Source: Agathobacter sp. (GTDB lineage Bacteria > Bacillota > Clostridia > Lachnospirales > Lachnospiraceae). From it: a stretch of DNA of 64,000 nt. The position numbers and the translations under genes were made by a program. The notes below the pieces were generated by a model. It saw nothing but the letters and a program-made list of their open reading frames with translations, had not been told where the DNA came from and did not search any database. The stretch lies in assembly GCA_051880175.1 (NCBI GenBank), contig JBJENM010000162.1, positions 17,071-81,070 of the forward strand, written 5' to 3'. Each line of letters opens with the position of its first letter. Positions within the stretch are counted from its first letter, which is position 1. Below are positions 22,011 through 31,971 of this stretch, piece by piece.

Positions 22011-22047
22011 ATTCTACAGTTATAGTTATTTTTTGTAAAAAAAATTA

Positions 22048-22115
22048 CTCCCTTTTCGGATTTGCGTTCCTGAGAATGAATTTTGCTATTCGGGAACTCA
22101 TTTCCAAAAAGGGAG
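22048..22115. repeat. Internally deleted hairpin element (copy D)
   Basis: Both termini retained: CTCCCTTTTCGGATTTG..GAATGAATTTTGCTATT joined directly to CGGGAAC..TTTCCAAAAAGGGAG. Confidence 0.85.
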
Positions 22116-22120
22116 AAAAA

Positions 22121-22912
22121 TTAACAAAACGGATACATGCCATGCTCTTCCATATATTTTACGGAGGCCTCCAGGTCCTCATACCCCCGTACCTCAAGCA
22201 ATACCGATGGGCGCTTTTCTTTTGGAAGTGCCTCTGTATACTCCTTGTACAGGTCCCAGGGCAGTTGCATACTTCCCACCGGATGATGGGAATCCTGAAG
22301 CTTATCGTTGTCATTGATATGCAAATGCCTTGCATAGGTCGCAAGCTCCATAATCCACTCCGACAATGGTGTATTGGAAATATATGCATGAGCCAGATCA
22401 AAGCATACGCCGAACCTCGGCTCATCCTTCATTCGGATTGCAAGCTGTTTTAATAATTCCGGGTCATCATCAAACATATTTTCCATGTAAACCATAAGCT
22501 TCGGATATTCCGCAAGTAAGTCTCTCCAATACTTCTCGTTTCGATCCAGCCAGCTTTTCCTGTAGCTTTCCAGGCGAAATGTCGGTATATGGTTCGTATG
22601 AAAAATCACAGCTTTCACGCCAAGCTCCCTTGCAATATCCATGCTCTGATGGATACGGTAATCCGAGGCCTTAAAAATAAGTGGGTCATCTGAATTTACA
22701 CAGATATCCAAAAATACTCCATGGAGCGTATCCTCGCTTCTATCGCGGTCAATGGCTTTATATGCCGACAGGATTTCTTTTACCTTTTCCTCATCGTCCA
22801 ATACCGACGGCAGGAAAAAGTCATTATATTCAAACCCTGCGTTATACTTTTTTGAGAAACTCAGGAAGCTGGATATTTGATTCAACTTTGGAATACAATA
22901 AACGTACTTCAT
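22121..22912 (-). CDS. Xylose-isomerase-like / AP-endonuclease-2 TIM-barrel metalloenzyme
   Basis: Metal-ligand motifs LHG, FHT, MENM, FDLAH, HLHINDN..DSH..G, LEV. Confidence 0.8.
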   Translation of the reverse strand: MKYVYCIPKLNQISSFLSFSKKYNAGFEYNDFFLPSVLDDEEKVKEILSAYKAIDRDRSEDTLHGVFLDICVNSDDPLIFKASDYRIHQSMDIARELGVKAVIFHTNHIPTFRLESYRKSWLDRNEKYWRDLLAEYPKLMVYMENMFDDDPELLKQLAIRMKDEPRFGVCFDLAHAYISNTPLSEWIMELATYARHLHINDNDKLQDSHHPVGSMQLPWDLYKEYTEALPKEKRPSVLLEVRGYEDLEASVKYMEEHGMYPFC

Positions 22913-24878
22913 TGATGAACTCCTTTCTTGCCCTCATGTTTGGCGGCTTTGGTTTATCGATTTCTTCAACACTGTAGGCATCTACATTCTGACTTTTTCC
23001 TTTCAGGGATAATGCACCGACAAATTCCACTTTTGCCCGCTCTTCAATGGCTCTTTTTACTGTTTCGCTCACTAAGATCTGATCGGAAGCCGCATTGGAT
23101 TCCAGTCTCGAAGCGGTATTGACCGTATCGCCAATGGCGGTATAATCCATTCTTCTTAAACAGCCGATATTTCCGACAATTGCTTCTCCTGCATTAATAC
23201 CGATTCCAACATGAATCTCTTTTCCATACAGCTTCTGATATTTTTCCGTAATCGATGCAAACCCCTTTTGAATGTCATCAGCCGCACATACCGCATGAAA
23301 GATATAGTCTTCCTCATCCTTCGGCGCATTAAAGATTGCCATGGCAGCGTCTCCGATAAATTTGTCCAAAGTACCGTTCCATGCCTGAATAGAGGCGTAG
23401 ACCAATGTGAAATATTCATTCAAAACGGTAACAACCTGTTCCGGCTCAAGCTGCTCCGACATGGTGGTAAAGCCTCGTATATCCACAAATAGTACTGCGA
23501 TATTCTTACGTTCACTTACCATTTTGAGTGCATAGGGTGAAACATCCTCAATCTGATCTACCACTTTGGAATCCACATACATCTTTAGTGTTGCTTCCAT
23601 TCTCTTTCGTTCCACGAACTGCATGATCATATGCTGAATCAGAAAAATGATGACAGACACGACCGTAAATACCAGAGGAATCAACAGCATAAACCGATAT
23701 CCCTGCATATTCAAAGCAAATGCAATCGCAAATACGCTAATGCCCCAGCAGAGCTGTCCTACAAAGGCCAGCAAACGCTTCCTGCTGGAAAACAGGATAT
23801 AGAATATAGTTATGGTAATCCCATAAAAAAGAGCCTGAAACAAAGGGTCCACCTCTACAACAACCTTATCCCTGATAAGAGCCTGCAGAATAGACGCATC
23901 TACCATTACTTCCTGATACAGAAAGCGTGCGTCGAAGAAGTCTTTGGGATTGCTGTAGGAAATGGGATCATACTCTCCGACGAGCACCATTTTTCCTGCG
24001 ATAAGCTCAGGGTCATAGCTTCCCGAAATCAACTGGGAATAGGATATCTTCTGATAGCTTTCCGTATTCCACAACGCATTGAAACCGAACATTCCCTCTG
24101 TATCCGGCTTCGGAAGTTCAAACTCTTCTCCGGTTACTTCCTGATATATTTTACATACGGAAACGGCAAATGCGTCATATTCCTCATCCTGATATCTTAC
24201 AGAAAGAGCCGCATTTCGAATCGTTCCGTCTACCGACTGCTGCAGCGCATTGACAACACCCATAGAGACTACGTCGCATAAATCCGCATAGGGGTACTCT
24301 ATATGCACTTCCATCTGCCCCAAAATTTCATCGGAGGCAACCGGTGCCGGTGTTTTAAATTCACTGGGCCCTGCTTCCAAGGAAGCCTCCATTCCTTCGA
24401 ATTCCTCGTCCCTTTTCAATTTCTCCTGATCATCATCTACATCAAATTCCCGGAAGGAAGCATTCATTGGAACGACAACATTTCCGGCTTTTTCGCAGGC
24501 AGCTACCAATGCATCATCTCCTGCTTTATCCTTCTCCCCGGACAGATTGACATCCAGTCCGATAACTGCTGCCCCATCCGCAGATAAAATATCCACAAGA
24601 TTAGCATACTTTTCTCTGGACCACTCATTGTTGTCCCCATACAAAGCCTTTGTTTCTTCATCAATGGTAATAATCGTTATCCGCTTATCTCCACGCTCAA
24701 ATGGATTATACTTATACAGCGCATTCGTCAGAGCTTCATCCGCCCGATAAAAAACGCGGGTATACGACAGCGATGCCGCCGATATACCCAGATAAACAGC
24801 AATAATAACTGTCGTAATCCGGCGGACTTTCGATTTGAGGAAATACCCTTCCTTTTTCTTTTTTTCCGTTCGTGCCAT
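22842..24878 (-). CDS. CHASE2-domain membrane class III adenylate cyclase
   Basis: CHASE2 (ITIDEET..WSR..GAAVIGLD..DGTIR); three TM helices; LFVDIRGFT, DKFIGDAAMAIF, DYTAIGDTVNTASRLE. Confidence 0.92.
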   Translation of the reverse strand: MARTEKKKKEGYFLKSKVRRITTVIIAVYLGISAASLSYTRVFYRADEALTNALYKYNPFERGDKRITIITIDEETKALYGDNNEWSREKYANLVDILSADGAAVIGLDVNLSGEKDKAGDDALVAACEKAGNVVVPMNASFREFDVDDDQEKLKRDEEFEGMEASLEAGPSEFKTPAPVASDEILGQMEVHIEYPYADLCDVVSMGVVNALQQSVDGTIRNAALSVRYQDEEYDAFAVSVCKIYQEVTGEEFELPKPDTEGMFGFNALWNTESYQKISYSQLISGSYDPELIAGKMVLVGEYDPISYSNPKDFFDARFLYQEVMVDASILQALIRDKVVVEVDPLFQALFYGITITIFYILFSSRKRLLAFVGQLCWGISVFAIAFALNMQGYRFMLLIPLVFTVVSVIIFLIQHMIMQFVERKRMEATLKMYVDSKVVDQIEDVSPYALKMVSERKNIAVLFVDIRGFTTMSEQLEPEQVVTVLNEYFTLVYASIQAWNGTLDKFIGDAAMAIFNAPKDEEDYIFHAVCAADDIQKGFASITEKYQKLYGKEIHVGIGINAGEAIVGNIGCLRRMDYTAIGDTVNTASRLESNAASDQILVSETVKRAIEERAKVEFVGALSLKGKSQNVDAYSVEEIDKPKPPNMRARKEFINEVRLLYSKVESNIQLPEFLKKV

Positions 24879-24890
24879 TTCTTTACCACC

Positions 24891-25451
24891 CTATTTTGAC
24901 AGTTGTTGTATGTACTCCGTATTCAATTTTTCAAGAGACGAGCTCAGATATTTAAGCAGCGTCCAGACATAGTCCGGGTCCTTTTTTGCAATTGCATCAA
25001 AGGCGCGAACATCCATTTTCTGCACCGTCTGATAAATGGGATTCTTTTTATACTGATACACAAATCGTTTATCCGCCTGTTCAATCTTATCCAGCATGGT
25101 ATTTAAACGATTATTCAAACTCAGTAAAATACGATAGGTAATTGAAGTTGCATTCAGTAAAAGCATTGCAAAATCGGTCTCGGAAACTTCCAATACAATA
25201 ACCTGTTCAGATACCGCAACAACAGATGCCGAGCGTGGCTTTGACTCCAAAAGGGACATCTCGCCAAAAAAGCTTCCTTCCTCCACCAGCCCAACCGACT
25301 GTGGATTGTCCGAAAAAGAATTGATCAGCACCTCAGCACTTCCCTTTAACAATACAAACATGGAATGTCCGGTCTCACCTTCACGGCAGATAGACTGTCC
25401 TCCCTGAAAGGTAACCACCTTGCCACAGTCCTTTAGTAAATCAACATCCAT
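24891..25451 (-). CDS. Stand-alone cyclic-nucleotide-binding protein without HTH
   Basis: ICREGE..MFVLLKG; phosphate-binding cassette FFGEMSLLESKPRSASV; RBS AAGGAG. Confidence 0.88.
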   Translation of the reverse strand: MDVDLLKDCGKVVTFQGGQSICREGETGHSMFVLLKGSAEVLINSFSDNPQSVGLVEEGSFFGEMSLLESKPRSASVVAVSEQVIVLEVSETDFAMLLLNATSITYRILLSLNNRLNTMLDKIEQADKRFVYQYKKNPIYQTVQKMDVRAFDAIAKKDPDYVWTLLKYLSSSLEKLNTEYIQQLSK

Positions 25452-25578
25452 AGCAACTCTCCTTATATACAATTCTTTAGGGTTTTCTGAAAAGCTTCCC
25501 CACACTTTTCATGATGCGCGTATATTATAGCATATATAGTTCCAAATTCCTACATAAATCACGCTTTTTGCAGCCATA

Positions 25579-25618
25579 AAAAAATCTCAGCCATATCCTA
25601 CGATATCCTGAGATTTTT
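25579..25618 (-). terminator. Probable terminator after GH43
   Basis: AAAAATCTCAG/CTGAGATTTTT inverted repeat. Confidence 0.55.
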
Positions 25619-25622
25619 ATTT

Positions 25623-27071
25623 CTATAAATATTTTACTGCCCAGGCACTCTGGTTTGCTCCGACTCCTGTAATACACATGGTAGGATTTCCCGCTTCATC
25701 ATTCAGTTGGACGATAACCCCTTCAAATTCGATCTCTCCGATCTGAAATGTGATTCTGCTTTCCCCATCAAGGGAGTAATATCCATAAGGCTTCTCTTCT
25801 TTTAGTGAATTATTCGGTTTCTCGCTCTGATCCGCATATTTTAGGATTTCGCCGGCTCTTGTAAATTCTACCCGTAATGGTTTGTGCATCTCATTGGAAA
25901 TATCCAGTCCATGCTCCACCAGATAAAAGGTTCCGCACACCTCCGCTTCGTGGTAATTTTTAGAGCAGAGCATCTCCCCATCCGTGGCAAAAGGGCATAC
26001 GGTAAGCCAATTATTTCCGGTCCGAAACAGCTGATGTACTCGCGGTTCATGCATTTCACTTTCCACATCAAATCTCTGGTGGTACACGATATAAATCTTA
26101 CCATCCTGATCCTTGAAGGCACTGTTATGTCCCGGAGATTTGTAGCCATATTCCATGCTTGGGAATATATAATTTCCCAAAAGCTTCACCCCGTAGGGAT
26201 CATGATGATTGACACGGCGGAAGGTTTTTCCCTCCATATCGACATATGGTCCTTCCAGTTTTTTGGAACGGAACATTCGGATCTGATAACCACCTTCTCT
26301 TCCCAGCCATCCGAAGGAAACAAAAAGATAATAATAGTCCGCCACAGAATCGTATAAAATAAAAGGTCCTTCGATGGACTTATGTCCACCACCCAGTATT
26401 TTTCTTCCAAAATAAGAATCTACCATATTCTTAGGATCACGCTTCGGATGAATCGGTAATCCGGTCTTCTCATCCATTTCAATCAAAAAAATTCCACCGG
26501 ACCAGGAGCCATAGACCATCCACAGCCTTCCCTCTTTGTCATGGAAAAGATTCGGGTCAATGCAGTTCGGCCAGCTTAAATTGTTATAGCTTCCATTTTT
26601 CTTAAAATATACAGAGGTATCATCTGAGCCGATACATTCCTTTACGTTCGTTTTTTCAATCGTATCACGCTCAAATCCGGAATACAAAATGACACGCTCA
26701 AAATGATAGGGGCCACGGACCTGATCCGCGGTTGCCATACAGATACAGGATTTGATATAGGAGCCTGAAGTACAAAAATACATCACATACTTTTTCAGAT
26801 ACGGATTGTAGGATACATCAGGCGCCCATACTGCATATTCCTTCCCTTCGAATTTCCCGCAAAAAGCAAAAGCTTCCCGGTCTCCTTCAAAAAGATTATC
26901 AAACAGCGGATTCTCCTCGCTCACACCATCCGCGAAGCTTTCCCAGTACCGCAGATCCTTTGAAACCGCAGCTGTCATATGCGTTCCAAAAATATAGTAA
27001 TTATCATCATTTCCTACGAATACTGCCGGATCATGAACCGGTGTCTGCGTATGAAATCCTCCAACCTTCAT
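25623..27071 (-). CDS. GH43 endo-arabinanase-like enzyme with C-terminal lipocalin-like domain, no signal peptide
   Basis: HDP, WAPD, CIDP, YGSWSGGI, EGP, PGHNS motifs. Confidence 0.88.
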   Translation of the reverse strand: MKVGGFHTQTPVHDPAVFVGNDDNYYIFGTHMTAAVSKDLRYWESFADGVSEENPLFDNLFEGDREAFAFCGKFEGKEYAVWAPDVSYNPYLKKYVMYFCTSGSYIKSCICMATADQVRGPYHFERVILYSGFERDTIEKTNVKECIGSDDTSVYFKKNGSYNNLSWPNCIDPNLFHDKEGRLWMVYGSWSGGIFLIEMDEKTGLPIHPKRDPKNMVDSYFGRKILGGGHKSIEGPFILYDSVADYYYLFVSFGWLGREGGYQIRMFRSKKLEGPYVDMEGKTFRRVNHHDPYGVKLLGNYIFPSMEYGYKSPGHNSAFKDQDGKIYIVYHQRFDVESEMHEPRVHQLFRTGNNWLTVCPFATDGEMLCSKNYHEAEVCGTFYLVEHGLDISNEMHKPLRVEFTRAGEILKYADQSEKPNNSLKEEKPYGYYSLDGESRITFQIGEIEFEGVIVQLNDEAGNPTMCITGVGANQSAWAVKYL

Positions 27072-27112
27072 ATATTACCCTTCTATGCTTTCTGTAAAAA
27101 TATTATATATTA

Positions 27113-27292
27113 CTCTCATTTCGGATTTGTGTTCCAAAATGAATTTGCATATTCGAACCAGAACCCGCTTTCGCTTGTAAAAAGCGTAGCGGTACTAAAT
27201 TCGCAATAAATTGCTCATTAAGTGCCGACGCTTTTTAAACGTTCTGATTCGAATAGCAAAATTCATTCTATGGAACACAATTCCGAAATTAG
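27113..27292. repeat. ~180-bp hairpin element, full copy C (reverse orientation)
   Basis: Reverse complement of the copy A core (TTCGCAATAAATTGCTCATTAAGTGCCGACGCTTTTTAAACGTTCTGATTC). Confidence 0.9.
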
Positions 27293-27327
27293 AATCATTT
27301 TACTTTTTACTAAAATTCTTGATATGT

Positions 27328-27397
27328 TTGACGAACATATTCTTTTTTTATATAATACAAATAAATATTTTTATAAGATTTTTCAAATTAGTTTAGA
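27328..27397 (+). promoter_or_regulatory. Promoter of the ArsR regulator plus candidate operator
   Basis: TTGACG-N17-TATAAT (27328-27356); TTCAAA-TTAG-TTTAGA at 27382-27397. Confidence 0.6.
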
Positions 27398-27476
27398 ATT
27401 AAATAAAATAATCTAATTTTGCATCCGTTTTATACATCGGATTTGAAACGGAATTATCCTAAGGAGGTATCATCAT

Positions 27477-28403
27477 ATGTTACATATTACTTCACTAAAC
27501 GAAGGTCTGGAAATCTTTAAGGCCTTAGGTTCTGACATGCGCGTAGAAATCCTGAATCTGCTTCTTGAGAATAACAATATGAACATGAATGAACTGGCAT
27601 CCCGGCTGAATATTACAAACGGAGCACTTACCGGACACATCAAAAAGCTGGAAAACTGTGGACTTATTACAATCTCCAACGAAGCAGCCGGACACGGAAA
27701 CCAAAAAATCTGTTCTGTCCATTTGGACAAGATCTTAATTGAGCTTGACAAAAAAGATGAGAACGAAAATGTGTACTATACCGATCTAAAGGTAGGTCAT
27801 TATTCCAATTACAAAATCAATCCTACCTGTGGCCTTGCATCTTCAATGGCTCTTATCGGAGAGGTGGATGATGCCAGATATTTCGAGCATCCGGATCGAT
27901 ATAACGCGGATATTCTCTGGTTTACGAAAGGTTATGTGGAATATGTGATTCCGAACTTTATTCCTGCTTCCCAACGCATCACCCAGATTACCATCTCTGC
28001 GGAGCTCTCTTCGGAAGCCCCGGGCATCAATGAGGACTGGCCAAGTGATATCAGCTTCTACCTAAACGATGTATGTATCGGAACCTGGACCTCTCCCGGT
28101 GATTTTGGCGATGTCAAAGGTCTTTTCACTCCTGACTGGTGGTTTCCAAATTGGAACCAGTATGGTTTGCTAAAGCTTTTGGTCATCAATAAAAAGGGAA
28201 CCTTTATCGATGGTCTGAAAATTTCAGATGTTACAATAGACAGCTTCCATCTGGATTCCCGCAGCAGCATCCGTTTCCGCATGAGCGTCGATGATGATGC
28301 CGAGCATATTGGCGGTCTTACGATTTTTGGAAAGACCTTCGGAAATTACGGACAGGATATCAAAGTCAACATCCATTATGCTCCACTGGAATCGGTGGAA
28401 TAA
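27477..28403 (+). CDS. ArsR-family regulator with C-terminal ligand-binding domain (probable arabinan locus regulator)
   Basis: N-terminal HTH FKALGS..R..IL..ELA..L..H; WTSPGDFG, TPDWW, FGNY motifs. Confidence 0.85.
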   Translation: MLHITSLNEGLEIFKALGSDMRVEILNLLLENNNMNMNELASRLNITNGALTGHIKKLENCGLITISNEAAGHGNQKICSVHLDKILIELDKKDENENVYYTDLKVGHYSNYKINPTCGLASSMALIGEVDDARYFEHPDRYNADILWFTKGYVEYVIPNFIPASQRITQITISAELSSEAPGINEDWPSDISFYLNDVCIGTWTSPGDFGDVKGLFTPDWWFPNWNQYGLLKLLVINKKGTFIDGLKISDVTIDSFHLDSRSSIRFRMSVDDDAEHIGGLTIFGKTFGNYGQDIKVNIHYAPLESVE

Positions 28404-29350
28404 AAGTCAAACACCGGGCGATCCATTTCATCCCATTTTATCTTCATGAGCATTGCATGGCGATTCGGATTATATAATGGATCTCCCACGATTTCCTTTT
28501 CTGTTCTCGCATGATAGACCATGATGTCATTTCCTGCTTCATCCTTTGTGAAGGAATTATGACCCGGTCCGTATATTCCCTTGCTCTCATCTGAGGCAAG
28601 TACCGGATATCTTTCCTTTTTCCAGCTTCTTGGGTCAAGCAGGTCATCGTTTTCATCCGCAGACAGCATTCCGATGCAATAACAGATTCCGGTCTCGCTG
28701 GCAGAATAGGTAAGGTAGATTCTGCCGCCCTTTCGGATGATTCCCGGGCCTTCGTTTACCCAGAATCCTACCCGTTCCCAATCGTAATCCGGGGTTGTAA
28801 GCAGCACCTGAACCGTTTTTAAGGTATATGCATTCTCCATCTTTGCGATGTACAGATTGGAAATCTGCTTTCCGACCCCGACCTTTTCTGCCCAGATATA
28901 ATACCATTCTCCTTTATTCTCGAATACGGTGGCATCTAAGGAAAATGCCTCAAAGGAAAACTCATCCTCCGGTGCCCGCCTCATTTTTCCGATCTCAATC
29001 CAGGGATCATTCATCGGGTCACTTCCCTGACACTCCAGCACATAGGGACGGATTTTCCAGATGTCCTCCTTCTCTCCTCCCGCAAAATAGATATACCATT
29101 TCCCGAACAGGTAGTGGATCTCCGGTGCCCAGATATGCTTGCTCATCGGGCCGGATTCATGGCATTTCCAAATATACTTTTCTTCTGCCTCTGCAAGCTG
29201 GCCAAGGGTTCTTGCTCTTCGAAGAATAATCCCGTCATAGGCCGGAACAGAGGCCGTAAAATAATACCAGCCGTCCTCGTGCAAATATACATAGGGATCT
29301 GCCCGCTGCAAAATCCAGGGTTCATTGTACTTTAACTGCTTATCCATCAA
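28376..29350 (-). CDS. GH43 alpha-L-arabinofuranosidase
   Basis: QRADP, IWAPEIH, FSLDAT, VNEGP, GPGHNSF motifs. Confidence 0.9.
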   Translation of the reverse strand: MMDKQLKYNEPWILQRADPYVYLHEDGWYYFTASVPAYDGIILRRARTLGQLAEAEEKYIWKCHESGPMSKHIWAPEIHYLFGKWYIYFAGGEKEDIWKIRPYVLECQGSDPMNDPWIEIGKMRRAPEDEFSFEAFSLDATVFENKGEWYYIWAEKVGVGKQISNLYIAKMENAYTLKTVQVLLTTPDYDWERVGFWVNEGPGIIRKGGRIYLTYSASETGICYCIGMLSADENDDLLDPRSWKKERYPVLASDESKGIYGPGHNSFTKDEAGNDIMVYHARTEKEIVGDPLYNPNRHAMLMKIKWDEMDRPVFDFYSTDSSGA

Positions 29351-29361
29351 TCTATGCTCCT

Positions 29362-29649
29362 CTATTTTTCGTAGTATTTTTTATACTTCTTTACGCTTGA
29401 AACCACATACAGGATTCCTGCCAGAATTCCTCCGATCACGGAGACAACAATCATCCACTTGATGTTAAATTTCAGATAGCTCAATGTCACAAAACTGATA
29501 ATCAGGAGCATAACCAAAATCCACGCAAAAGAAAATGCCATTGTAATCAAACAAAAAATAATTTCTCTTATCAGATCTCTTCCTGAGAATGGTTCCTTAT
29601 AACCACCATGAAGCAGCTCTTCTGTTGTCGGTTTTCTTCGTTTGCCCAT
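29362..29649 (-). CDS. Small two-TM membrane protein
   Basis: 95 aa with two hydrophobic helices, inside the operon. Confidence 0.7.
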   Translation of the reverse strand: MGKRRKPTTEELLHGGYKEPFSGRDLIREIIFCLITMAFSFAWILVMLLIISFVTLSYLKFNIKWMIVVSVIGGILAGILYVVSSVKKYKKYYEK

Positions 29650-29684
29650 ACTTTTATCGCTTTCTTTTTCACCATGTTTCTTTG

Positions 29685-31832
29685 TTACTGAAGACTTTTG
29701 CTTCCCCAGATCGTAACCTGGGAATTCTCACCCAATGCGGTAAACACCTGTGTATCTATTTTGCTGTTTTCCACCTTCATGGTAAGAGCGACTCCGTTGT
29801 ATACTTCTCCGTCGAAGCAGAGTGTAATATATGGTGTTCCGCTCTCTAACGTCCAATTTCCCTCATAATCCCCGGTGATGGTTCCGTCCTCATTCAGGGT
29901 AATAAATACCGGTTTGTTTGTCTGGCGGTTCGCATAATCGATGTCCAGTTTATGAATGATCAGATCATAATCTCCGGCAATGTCCTTCACCTGTATCTGA
30001 TTGTCCAGGCTTTCTCCGTTGGTCATATAAGGCGCTGCCACAAGCCAGCCATCCTTATTTAAAAACAACTGATGTACCTTCACATAGTGTCCTTCCGATC
30101 CATCAGTGGTTCTGGTATGGAATACAATATAGGCCTTTCCATCCTCATCGACGAATGCGGAATTATGTCCCTGGGCAACCTGCCCGACATTGAAGGTTCT
30201 CCACTTATATCCCCCGAACAGGCGGACACCGATGGGTGAGTTGTAATTGAAGGTATAGGTATCATAATACGGATCATTTCCCAGCTCATCCACATAATCT
30301 CCATCCGGTCTTTCCGAACGGAATACACGAATGTTGTATCCGCCGGCAGCCTCCAGATTTCCGTAAGAGATAAACAGGAAATAATAGTCTCCGATTTTTT
30401 GAATGTAAGAAGCTTCTCCGGATACATAGGCTCCACCGGCTATCTTCTTTCCAAAATAAGCGTCGGAATGAATATCCGTCTCATAGCTTACGCTGTAATC
30501 CCGAAGTCCCGTTTCCTCATCCAGCTCCAGCATGAAGATTCCGCCGGACCAGGAACCGTATGACATCCACAGGTTTCCATCGTCATCATAGAACACGCAG
30601 GGATCAATACAGTTTGGATACATATCGCCCCACTTTTTGTTTTTTACACCATTTTTTACATAGCGCTCCGGTATTTCGCTTTCTCCCAGCACCATGGGGG
30701 CATCTGTCAGTCCATAGGTCTCTTCGTCAAATCCGCCATAGATGACGGTTCCCGCATAATCATAAGGTCCGTCTACGGAATCGGAGGTTAAAAGCACCAG
30801 ATTGGACTTCCAATCATCTCCGTTTGCACTGATATACATGCAATACTTTTCCATGACCGGATTATATACAATATCCGGAGCCCACAGATAGCCATTCCAG
30901 CTTCCCGAAGATTCATCCTTATTCCATGCTCTGATCTGCTCCTTTACCTCCTCTGTAAAGGTCGCCTGAAACGCACCGTCCAGACTGGTCCAGTCATTTA
31001 AATCCTCTGATTTTCCTGAGGCAAAAAAGCTTCCATACACATAATAGGTTCCATCAAAATCACGGAAAATGGATGGGTCATGACAGCAGATGGTCTTTGC
31101 CATATCCCGATCCTCGGTGGGAATTTTTACTACAGGCTGTACCATAGAAAGCTCAATGGTTGCCCGAAGCATCACTTCCTCATCCCCATAAGTAAATTTC
31201 ACATAAGGACGGAGCTTGACATCCTCATAATCTGCATCCGCAGCGTAGCATACCGTATTTGCATTTGAGAACAGACCTGCTGCGATTCCGGTAATCACAA
31301 GCAAACCAACTGTCATATTTTTTATGCTGCTCTTTTTCTTTCTCTTCTTTCCTAAAATAAGAATCAATAGAATCATTGCTACAAGAATCAGTGCCAGGAC
31401 AATGATTCCGATGATTATGTAAGAAGCGCTCACATTGGAGGTACCTCTGTCTGGAGTTGCTGGAAACGATGTACCCTCGGCAACCTGCTCTCCTATTACA
31501 ACTCCTGTAATGGTGTAGCTGTCTCCATATTTTAACTGCTCAATCTGTGTCGGCATGGACTCTTCATCCCTTGCCTTAAGTCCATCCAGCGTGTATTTTA
31601 AATTGGCAGGGGCACTATTCCAGCCCTTCCGGTTATTCTCTATTGTAAGGGTATAGGTAACCTCTTCTCCCTCCACATAACTGTCTTTATCTGTCGTAAG
31701 TGTTACCGTTACCTGTTCTTCCGTTGTTGTGTAGGAAGCCTCTTCGGCCATAACCGGATATTGGACTGCACCTATAAGAGCAACAAAAAGCAGCATAGCC
31801 AGAAAGCCGACGGCTTTTTTTAAATTTCTCAT
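29685..31832 (-). CDS. Membrane-anchored GH43 endo-arabinanase with N-terminal Ig-like domain
   Basis: Signal peptide, Ig-like segment, TM + KKRKKK, second hydrophobic segment, then HDPS, WAPD, CIDP, GEAS, QGHNS. Confidence 0.87.
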   Translation of the reverse strand: MRNLKKAVGFLAMLLFVALIGAVQYPVMAEEASYTTTEEQVTVTLTTDKDSYVEGEEVTYTLTIENNRKGWNSAPANLKYTLDGLKARDEESMPTQIEQLKYGDSYTITGVVIGEQVAEGTSFPATPDRGTSNVSASYIIIGIIVLALILVAMILLILILGKKRKKKSSIKNMTVGLLVITGIAAGLFSNANTVCYAADADYEDVKLRPYVKFTYGDEEVMLRATIELSMVQPVVKIPTEDRDMAKTICCHDPSIFRDFDGTYYVYGSFFASGKSEDLNDWTSLDGAFQATFTEEVKEQIRAWNKDESSGSWNGYLWAPDIVYNPVMEKYCMYISANGDDWKSNLVLLTSDSVDGPYDYAGTVIYGGFDEETYGLTDAPMVLGESEIPERYVKNGVKNKKWGDMYPNCIDPCVFYDDDGNLWMSYGSWSGGIFMLELDEETGLRDYSVSYETDIHSDAYFGKKIAGGAYVSGEASYIQKIGDYYFLFISYGNLEAAGGYNIRVFRSERPDGDYVDELGNDPYYDTYTFNYNSPIGVRLFGGYKWRTFNVGQVAQGHNSAFVDEDGKAYIVFHTRTTDGSEGHYVKVHQLFLNKDGWLVAAPYMTNGESLDNQIQVKDIAGDYDLIIHKLDIDYANRQTNKPVFITLNEDGTITGDYEGNWTLESGTPYITLCFDGEVYNGVALTMKVENSKIDTQVFTALGENSQVTIWGSKSLQ

Positions 31833-31971
31833 ACTTTTCCCTCCATTTTTTCTTCTTTCCTGAGGCTTATTATCGCTTACAAAATTTTGTAAGTAATAAT
31901 AAGCCCCAGGATGCAAAGCATCCGCACCCTGGGGTCCTATTACTTATCTAAATCACATCCAAACAGGATTT

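Noticed and set aside
22842-24878. Pycsar/CBASS anti-phage system
   Set aside because: The cyclase has a CHASE2 sensor, TM helices and ATP-specifying residues; the cNMP protein lacks a TM or TIR effector domain.
27222-27416. ORFs beginning MPTLFKRSDSN (here and the N-terminal extension at 5795-5902)
   Set aside because: Both are translations of the hairpin repeat element.
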